A stretch of DNA of 35,466 nucleotides, from assembly GCA_046760505.1 (NCBI GenBank), contig JBHIEG010000021.1, positions 1-35,466 on the forward strand, written 5' to 3'. A program made the translations under genes and the position numbers. The stretch is from Candidatus Hydrothermarchaeota archaeon (GTDB taxonomy: Archaea; CAYFZR01). This document shows, one piece after another, positions 28,728 through 35,466 of the stretch. Below the pieces are notes generated by a model that worked only from the letters and a program-made list of their open reading frames with translations, searched no databases and was not told the origin of the DNA. The first letter of the stretch is position 1. Every line of letters begins with the position of its first letter.

Positions 28728-29378
28728 TTATCTCAAATCCATTAGAAGCTTATTAATGCTTTCAGATATTTCTTCTATGGGTCTGTTCCCGTCTACTTCT
28801 TTCAAAATGCCCTTTTTTTTGTAATAATCGATCAGAGGAAATGTTTGCTCCTCGTATACGCTTATTCTTTTCCTCACTGTTTCTTCGGTATCATCAGATC
28901 TCTGGTAGAGTTCCCCTCCGCATTCATCGCAGACTCCGCTCACCTTGGGAGGGTTAAATGTAAGATGATAGGGTTTTTCACAGGATCTGCATATTCTTCT
29001 CTGACTGATCCTTCTAACTAACTCTTCCTTATCTACCTTCAGGTCTATCACTAAATCCAGATCGATACCTATCTTATCCAATACACTGTCAAGAGCCTCT
29101 GCTTGGGCTATGGTTCGTGGAAATCCATCTAAAACAAATCCCTTCTTGCAGTCATCTTCCCTCAATCTTTCTTCTATAATACCTATCACAATTTCATCAG
29201 GCACGAGTTTTCCTTTCTCCATGTATTTTACCGCTTCTTTTCCTAACTGGGTTCCTTCTTTGACTGCTTCTCTTAAAATATCTCCAGTCGCTATATGCGG
29301 TATTCCAAACTTTTCTGCAACCATCTTGGCTTGAGTACCTTTACCTGCCCCCGGGGCTCCCAAGAGTATTAAGTGCAT
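28728..29378 (-). CDS. adk: Adenylate kinase (bacterial type, Zn lid)
   Basis: GAPGAGKGT, LDGFPRT, CRSC...CDEC lid, QRSDD; ATG 29378 with GAGGTG SD. Confidence 0.96.
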   Translation of the reverse strand: MHLILLGAPGAGKGTQAKMVAEKFGIPHIATGDILREAVKEGTQLGKEAVKYMEKGKLVPDEIVIGIIEERLREDDCKKGFVLDGFPRTIAQAEALDSVLDKIGIDLDLVIDLKVDKEELVRRISQRRICRSCEKPYHLTFNPPKVSGVCDECGGELYQRSDDTEETVRKRISVYEEQTFPLIDYYKKKGILKEVDGNRPIEEISESINKLLMDLR

Positions 29379-29460
29379 AAGAATACCCACCTCATTTTTT
29401 GGATGGTTTGTTATTCCCACTCCTATTGGCATAAATCAATATAAAACTATTTTCATTTCA

Positions 29461-30210
29461 CTACTCATTTTTAGGTACGGTGGAGCATCCGCATTTTTTA
29501 TGAACTGGTATGTTTGGAACAATTTTCTCCAAAATACTCTTAATTTCATCCTTCTTTTTCTCCATTATATCTAGTACTTCCTTTGCGGTTAATTTTTCCT
29601 TTGAAATCCCTGCAGCAAGATTTGTCACCGTGCATATAGAAATGTAGCACAAGCCTAATTCTCTTGCTAGGATCACTTCTGGGACGCCAGTCATTCCAAC
29701 TACATCACAACCAAGTAACTTAAATACCTTAATTTCCTGGACCGTTTCAAATCTAGGGCCTTCGGTACAGAGATATACACCACGTGGGTGTATTTTATCA
29801 ATTTTTTTTAGTACAATCTCTCTCATCTCAGGACAGTATGGCTCTGTCATGTCTACATGGACCGATTGAGTTTCGTAAAATGTGTACTTCCTTGAACGTG
29901 TAAAGTCAAAGAAATCGTCTATCAGTACAAAGTCTCCGGGTTTCATTTGCTCATTCAAAGATCCTACCGCATTGAATGCAATAATTCTATCTACTCCAAC
30001 TTCCTTCAATCCCCAGAGATTAGCCCTGTAGTTCACTCTGTGGGGCGGAATACTCTGTTTTTCACCGTGTCTAAAAATGAGGTAAGAATCTCTATGGGAT
30101 AATTTCCCCTCCAATATGGTCACTCTTCCGTATGGTGTGTTTTTTTCTATCCTTCTCGAATCTTTCAGTATGTTATCTACACCAGTACCTCCTATGATCC
30201 CAACAGCCAA
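29461..30210 (-). CDS. mtnP: Methylthioadenosine/methylthioinosine phosphorylase
   Basis: GIIGGTG, RHG, PPHRVNYRAN, EGPRFET, VGMT..PE..LARE, VTN.AAG. Confidence 0.92.
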   Translation of the reverse strand: MAVGIIGGTGVDNILKDSRRIEKNTPYGRVTILEGKLSHRDSYLIFRHGEKQSIPPHRVNYRANLWGLKEVGVDRIIAFNAVGSLNEQMKPGDFVLIDDFFDFTRSRKYTFYETQSVHVDMTEPYCPEMREIVLKKIDKIHPRGVYLCTEGPRFETVQEIKVFKLLGCDVVGMTGVPEVILARELGLCYISICTVTNLAAGISKEKLTAKEVLDIMEKKKDEIKSILEKIVPNIPVHKKCGCSTVPKNE

Positions 30211-31160
30211 AGAAATCCCTCCGATACAATAAAGAACAGGATGCTTGAGGTTGCAACTAAATTAACTGCCTTTTTAATATCCTCATGTGTCGGCATACGA
30301 TAATCCCCAATCCTGTATACATTAGGCTTAACAAAAGAAACGTTTAAAAGGCAGGATGCACTTGCCATTGGATATCCAGAATTTGGGCTCTTGGTAAGGC
30401 ATGCATATTTTTTAATTTCCTTTGTGTTTTTAAAATTCAATTTCAGAAACAACGATGCCCAGAGCATAAAAGGGACGCATAATCTAGCGGGAATGTAGTT
30501 CAATAGATCGTCCAATCTAGCCGCATAGTAACCAAATGCATCGTATTTTTCGTATCCTATCATGGCATCCAATGTATTTATAACCCTATAGAACACTGCT
30601 CCATACAATCCAAATAAAAGGAAATAAAAAATCGGCGCAACTATTGAATCGCAGAAATTTTCAGAAAGGCTCTCTATGCAGGCAGAAGATATTAAAGACT
30701 CATCGAAACCTTCTACATTCCTGCTCACAAGATTAGATACTTTAATTCTGGCTTCCTCGATCTTACTATCTTCTAAAATTTTTGATACATCGGATGCTTC
30801 CCCTAATAACATCCTGAATGAAAACATGCTTGAAAGCCATAAAGAAGAGATTATAATGTAGAGATAGAAGTTGAGGTACTTAAAAAATGACAATAATGAA
30901 GTTAAAATTAGAAAGGTAAATGTAGAGATAAATATTATTAAAATTCCTCCCTTAGATCCAAGATGAATTAATTTTCTTGATAATATCTCAATTTCTTTTC
31001 CCATCCAAACTACAGGATGAATATTATGAGGTAGTTCTTTGATCAGCAAGTCAACTATGATAGCTAAGAGCAATATGAATGATGGGGTTACGTCGCTTGA
31101 GATAACGTAATTTGAGGCGTGATTAGATATAAAATGAATATATAAGAGATGATTTTGCAT
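30192..31160 (-). CDS. cbiB: Adenosylcobinamide-phosphate synthase
   Basis: HPVVWMG, LVSR, ESLSEN..D...AP, YR.INTLDAMIGY, ARLDD.LN.IPARL, SPNSG. Confidence 0.92.
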   Translation of the reverse strand: MQNHLLYIHFISNHASNYVISSDVTPSFILLLAIIVDLLIKELPHNIHPVVWMGKEIEILSRKLIHLGSKGGILIIFISTFTFLILTSLLSFFKYLNFYLYIIISSLWLSSMFSFRMLLGEASDVSKILEDSKIEEARIKVSNLVSRNVEGFDESLISSACIESLSENFCDSIVAPIFYFLLFGLYGAVFYRVINTLDAMIGYEKYDAFGYYAARLDDLLNYIPARLCVPFMLWASLFLKLNFKNTKEIKKYACLTKSPNSGYPMASASCLLNVSFVKPNVYRIGDYRMPTHEDIKKAVNLVATSSILFFIVSEGFLWLLGS

Positions 31161-31223
31161 GTTTCCTCTCACCTTTTTTACTTTAAATTCTTATTTTGTT
31201 ATCATTACATTTCTTTATCACCT

Positions 31224-31760
31224 TTAGTACAGCAAGCCTATGACAATTAGAAGAGAGGCAATGCCAACAATATCTCCAATTGAGGCTACTATTGGGATGA
31301 AAACGTTATCAGGGTCGTATCCCTTTAAATAAGAGAGGAATATTATCAGAATGGTTAAAACTATCATGGAACTCACCGTTATGACACCCGCTAAAACCGT
31401 GATCTTGACGAAAATTTTTACTGTAACTCCAGACTCTTTTTGGGCGTAAACAATGTACCCCAAGAATCCCAGAGTGATAGATGAAATAATTCCTATAAAT
31501 AGAGCCACCATAGAGTCCTTTACTGCTAAATTCCTTAAATCTAAACCCAAATGCATGAATGATGATATTCTAGATCCCAAGACGCTTCCAATACTTCCAG
31601 CTAGATTTATCATTGGGGGAACAAGGATTATGATTCCTGGAATACTGATGAATAATTCTTTTTTACTCTCTAGCATCCCACCAGACGCAAGATCAAGAAA
31701 CATTGACATTATAAGGAAAGGTATGCTTTCCTTGAGAATTCTTTTTACCGTATATACCAT
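31224..31760 (-). CDS. MgtE/SLC41 membrane domain protein (second half)
   Basis: P......G..G...GSR.SS..HLG and DPDN...P......GD motifs. Confidence 0.85.
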   Translation of the reverse strand: MVYTVKRILKESIPFLIMSMFLDLASGGMLESKKELFISIPGIIILVPPMINLAGSIGSVLGSRISSFMHLGLDLRNLAVKDSMVALFIGIISSITLGFLGYIVYAQKESGVTVKIFVKITVLAGVITVSSMIVLTILIIFLSYLKGYDPDNVFIPIVASIGDIVGIASLLIVIGLLY

Positions 31761-32318
31761 TCAAAGCACCCTTACTAGCCAAATCGCAGGAAATAATGAG
31801 AATACCGTTATGATGTCTCCTATGGTCGCTAATAAAGGTGCAATGAAATTGTCTGGATTTAATCCATGTGAATACCCAAAGAAAGATATAAAAATCGCCA
31901 GAAAAGTGAGAAAGAAGCCTGAAACAATCCCTGCAATCAGAGATATTAATATTAGAGTCAGGATTCCAGCACTGGGAAGGTTTAGGAGTAAGCATGCATA
32001 GTGTGCGAAGATACCTACGAAGATGGACATGAAAAGGGTTTGCGAGAGTGACGCATAAATATTAACATTCAGTACTTTGCTTCTCCAAACGCTAGGATCG
32101 ATAAGACCTAAATGCAGAGATGTGGTGAGACGAGATCCTAATGAGCCGTATATGTTCCCCCTGATACACATTACTGGGGGTAATAAGACAAGCAGACCTG
32201 GAACCGAGACTATCTCTTTCTGCATGTGACTTAGACTGTTTCCGGCTACCAGTTCTAACGTAAGGCATAACAAGATGATTGGGAGCCCCTCTTTTAGATA
32301 TTTCTTCGCACTTATCAT
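31761..32318 (-). CDS. MgtE/SLC41 membrane domain protein (first half)
   Basis: RGNIYGSLGSRLTTSLHLG, NPDN...P.....GD. Confidence 0.85.
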   Translation of the reverse strand: MISAKKYLKEGLPIILLCLTLELVAGNSLSHMQKEIVSVPGLLVLLPPVMCIRGNIYGSLGSRLTTSLHLGLIDPSVWRSKVLNVNIYASLSQTLFMSIFVGIFAHYACLLLNLPSAGILTLILISLIAGIVSGFFLTFLAIFISFFGYSHGLNPDNFIAPLLATIGDIITVFSLFPAIWLVRVL

Positions 32319-32418
32319 TCATATCGCCTCACCGGTTCCAGAGGATCTTCGTTGAATACTGTATCCGAAACCCACAACTATTTAAATGTTAGTACCATAG
32401 AAAATTCTGGTAGAATCC

Positions 32419-33000
32419 GTGACCACATCAAAAACTGTCAAAGAACTCCTTGTAGAGATGAAAGATGTGTCTGAACTCATGATAGACTTAGCCTATTCTG
32501 CTTTACTCCTAAACAACAAAGAAATCGCTAGTGAAGTAGAAAGACTGGAAAAGAAAATGGACTCTTTAAAATATGAAATAAGGATAATGGCTATGTTAGC
32601 AGCGAGGACTCCAGAAGAAGCCGAGCAACTGAGCGGTATCCTTCATGTTGCTGCCTCTGCAGAGGCTATTTCTAATGCGGCAAAGGACATTGCTGATGTT
32701 GTTTTAAGAGGTTTAGCTAGTCATCCATTAATAGAAGAGGCTCTAAGTGAGACAGAAGAAATAATAAAGATTTTTGAGGTAAAAGAAAACTCAATCTTGG
32801 TAGGAAAAAGTTTAGGTGAATTAAGACTTGCAACAGAAACAGGAATGTATGTGATAGCCATAAGAAGAGGAAATGAGTGGATATATGGGCCAGACAAAGA
32901 CGTTGTGATTCAAGCCGGAGACAGTTTGATCGCAAGGGGGACGGAAACAGGTTCTGAGTTGTTAAGTGAAATCTCCAGTGGAGAGAGAAGATGGTTTTAG
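32419..33000 (+). CDS. PhoU + TrkA-C domain protein
   Basis: EMKD.SELM.DLAYSA (PhoU-like) and GKSLGELRL...TGMYVIAIRRG (TrkA-C). Confidence 0.88.
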   Translation: MTTSKTVKELLVEMKDVSELMIDLAYSALLLNNKEIASEVERLEKKMDSLKYEIRIMAMLAARTPEEAEQLSGILHVAASAEAISNAAKDIADVVLRGLASHPLIEEALSETEEIIKIFEVKENSILVGKSLGELRLATETGMYVIAIRRGNEWIYGPDKDVVIQAGDSLIARGTETGSELLSEISSGERRWF

Positions 33001-33056
33001 ACTTTCTGAATCTAATAGTAAAAAAGACAAAAAATAAAAGATAAGAATAATTTAAG

Positions 33057-33542
33057 ATGTTTAATTTAAAGAATAACTTAAGGATGACTACAGGGATTAA
33101 TGAAGGATCGATGAATATGAAATTTGGCCATCAGTTTTATGAGGAAATAGACTTGGAGGATGAAGAGGATATAGTAGATATACTAACACTCGAAGATGCT
33201 GAGGAGATAATAGAAAGATTGGTCAGGAAGAGGATCCTGATATATATGGGGAAAGAATACGTCTTAAGTAAATGCGCCTTGGACAAGATTCTAGATTTTG
33301 CGAACAGAAACGACTATGTAGAAGAAGATCTCTTCGAAAGAATACTTAGAGGAATCAAGTGCCTCTTGGATGAATCCTTTACGGGGGCTTCCAGCCTAGA
33401 CGAAAGCGAAATTATTCGATATGTTGTAATTATCTTTGATTTAGGAAAATTTACCGAGATGTTTCCTACAATAAGAGAGAGTTTTGAGTCTATTTGCCCC
33501 AACATCTCTCAAGATTCTTTTGAAGACTACTCGGATACTTGA
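33057..33542 (+). CDS. Acidic hypothetical protein (start uncertain)
   Basis: Open 161-aa frame filling the gap; IIERLVRKRILI...YVLS weakly resembles a winged helix. Confidence 0.55.
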   Translation: MFNLKNNLRMTTGINEGSMNMKFGHQFYEEIDLEDEEDIVDILTLEDAEEIIERLVRKRILIYMGKEYVLSKCALDKILDFANRNDYVEEDLFERILRGIKCLLDESFTGASSLDESEIIRYVVIIFDLGKFTEMFPTIRESFESICPNISQDSFEDYSDT

Positions 33543-33568
33543 TTATTTCTCAACTTGATCGTAGATTA

Positions 33569-34186
33569 TCAGCGTAAGATAATAATTATAATTCCTAAGA
33601 ATGCAAGTACTATGCCCATTATCAGTTTTTCATACCTTTCTAGGTACGGATGTTCGAATTTCTTTAAACCAATCGAAGCGGTCGCAACCATGATTGCCAT
33701 ACCTCCAACGGTTCCTATAGCTAAAATTATTGCTAGGGGTACAATTATCTTCCATCCAAAGGAACTGGCTGCAAAGAAGATTGGAATCACTGCCTCGCAC
33801 GGAGAAAAGGTTAGAATTGTAAAAAGGGACATTATTGCTGCCCTATTAGATAGGTCAACTCTCTCAGGTTGACTATCTTTTCTAAAAAATATGTGTATGT
33901 ATGCAATTCCCAGTAAAAAAAGCATAATGCCACCTAAAAGTTCCACCAGTCTCGCTGCTACTTTTGAAATTTCTATTCCTATTCCTGCGACGATTAATCC
34001 AAGAACAGTTGTCACAGAAACATGCCCTAAACCAGCAAACACGGTTATAGAAATCGTTTTTAAGTAAGACCATTTTTGGGCTCTGCCAACCAGAACAAAA
34101 GGGAGCCAGTGGGTAGGCATTATCGCGTGTATTGTGGTCACTATCAATGTTGCAACTATTAGACTGGCAAATGATATGATCATCAA
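33569..34186 (-). CDS. Putative nickel/cobalt transporter (NicO/UreH/RcnA-like)
   Basis: HAIMPTHW, GLGH and SPCE motifs; multiple TM helices. Confidence 0.75.
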   Translation of the reverse strand: MMIISFASLIVATLIVTTIHAIMPTHWLPFVLVGRAQKWSYLKTISITVFAGLGHVSVTTVLGLIVAGIGIEISKVAARLVELLGGIMLFLLGIAYIHIFFRKDSQPERVDLSNRAAIMSLFTILTFSPCEAVIPIFFAASSFGWKIIVPLAIILAIGTVGGMAIMVATASIGLKKFEHPYLERYEKLIMGIVLAFLGIIIIILR

Positions 34187-34196
34187 AATTTCTCCT

Positions 34197-35375
34197 TCAG
34201 ATTACTCCATCGCCTCTAAGGTTTTCAATACTCTCTTTATCCAATCCAATCCAGGATTTAAGAACTTCTTCGGTATGCTCTCCCAATTTTGGAGCTGGTT
34301 GTGATATATTTCTAGAGGAAAGAGATAGTTTTATGGGATTTCCAGCCATCTTAACTGGGCCTACTTCCGGATGATCGATCTCAATTATCATACCCCTCTC
34401 TCTCACCTGAGGATGATTCACAACTTTATCAACCGTATTGATTGGACCGCATGGCACTCCAGATTTTTCCATTTTCTCAATCCACTCTCTTACAGTTTTA
34501 GTCCTTGAAATTTCAGCGATTATAGGGCGTAATATGGAATGATTCTCCGACCTTAGGGCATTAGTTTTAAATCTTGGATCATCGATGAGGTCCTCTCTTC
34601 CAATTTCTCTGCAGAAATTTTCCCAGTGAGCAGATCCAACTGCAAATATAACATAACCATCCTTAGCAGGAAAAGCTTCAAATGGTGCTATAGAAGGATG
34701 TCTGGACCCTAAAGGTTTAGGAATCTCTCCAGTAGTCAGGTAACGGATAACTGCATTTTCTAGTATGCTTACCTGACAGTCAAGCATGCCTACATCCACC
34801 ATTTGTCCTTTTCCAGTCTTTTCTCTGTAATATAATGCTGCCAGAATGCCAATGGTTGTAAAAAAAGCAGCCGTGATGTCTCCTATGGATACGCCAACTC
34901 TCACCGGAGGCATTCCTTCCTCCCCGGTAATGCTGATAATCCCTCCCATTCCCTGAATGATCATGTCATAGGCTCCTCTATGAGCATAAGGACCAGTCTG
35001 ACCAAAACCTGAGCATGCTGCGTATATTAGACGCGGGTTAACTTCTTTTAACACATGGTAATCCAATCCCAAACGAGCCATGACGCCTGGTCTAAAGTTT
35101 TCTACAAGTATATCTGCCTTCTCACACATCTTGAGAAGAATTTCTCTACCTCTTTTTTTCTTTAAGTTCAGTGTAATGCTCTTTTTTCCTCTGTTAAGGC
35201 TTAAGAAGTAGGCACTTACTCCGTCTATGAATGGCCCTATGCCGCGAGCCTCATCTCCCTTTTTGGGCTCTTCTATTTTTATCACTTCTGCACCCAGATC
35301 GCATAGAATCATGGTGGTGTAGGGACCTGCAAGCACGCGTGTTAAATCCAAAACCCTCAACCCCTCTAGAGTCAA
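34197..35375 (-). CDS. Class III CoA-transferase (CaiB/BaiF/Frc family)
   Basis: LEGLRVLDLT..LAGP, LNRGKKS, ENFRPG, SGFGQTGP, GVSIGD; TTG start at 35375 after GGAGG. Confidence 0.93.
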   Translation of the reverse strand: MTLEGLRVLDLTRVLAGPYTTMILCDLGAEVIKIEEPKKGDEARGIGPFIDGVSAYFLSLNRGKKSITLNLKKKRGREILLKMCEKADILVENFRPGVMARLGLDYHVLKEVNPRLIYAACSGFGQTGPYAHRGAYDMIIQGMGGIISITGEEGMPPVRVGVSIGDITAAFFTTIGILAALYYREKTGKGQMVDVGMLDCQVSILENAVIRYLTTGEIPKPLGSRHPSIAPFEAFPAKDGYVIFAVGSAHWENFCREIGREDLIDDPRFKTNALRSENHSILRPIIAEISRTKTVREWIEKMEKSGVPCGPINTVDKVVNHPQVRERGMIIEIDHPEVGPVKMAGNPIKLSLSSRNISQPAPKLGEHTEEVLKSWIGLDKESIENLRGDGVI

Positions 35376-35466
35376 AAATATCCCTCCATAAAATCCTCCC
35401 ACGATAGGATTCAGTGAGGTATACCATATAGAGTATCTCATATAAAATAAATCTCGATATAAAATA

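Noticed and set aside
31453-32001. 182-aa plus-strand ORF
   Set aside because: Antisense to the MgtE genes, no recognisable motifs.
1-35466. CRISPR arrays, IS elements, rRNA, selenocysteine recoding
   Set aside because: No spaced repeats, transposases, rRNA-like sequence or in-frame TGA at catalytic positions seen by eye.

Overview
AT-rich archaeal chromosomal segment, gene-dense, with no mobile element or CRISPR array that I can see. Archaeal/F420 markers are tfe, mtd, an FrhB/FpoF-family gene, a cofE-like gene, class I cca, split guaAB and a probable DUF2100. In order it contains: (i) the 3' part of an unexplained redox/transport operon (TfrB/HdrD-like CCG protein, Cys-bearing membrane-anchored protein, two paralogous half-size ion-transporter-superfamily proteins, an unannotated 47-aa membrane peptide, NapH/MauN-like membrane polyferredoxin); (ii) tfe, an exported decaheme cytochrome c, an FrhB/FpoF-like gene and mtd; (iii) tRNA-Lys(CTT) and an orphan NifH/CfbC-like ATPase; (iv) guaAB-purQ-purL-purS; (v) TctA, DUF2100, pncB; (vi) modE divergent from tupABC with a candidate ModE box; (vii) cca, thpR, an AAA ATPase; (viii) a bacterial-type tetrahydrofolate cluster adk-glyA-folD-purN-folP-cofE-like (possible FolC2); (ix) mtnP, cbiB, split MgtE with a PhoU/TrkA-C gene, a Ni/Co transporter and a class III CoA-transferase. 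The best candidates for new biology are the split-transporter/CCG/polyferredoxin operon and the decaheme cytochrome beside the F420/H4MPT genes. All family calls come from motif recognition, not database searches.
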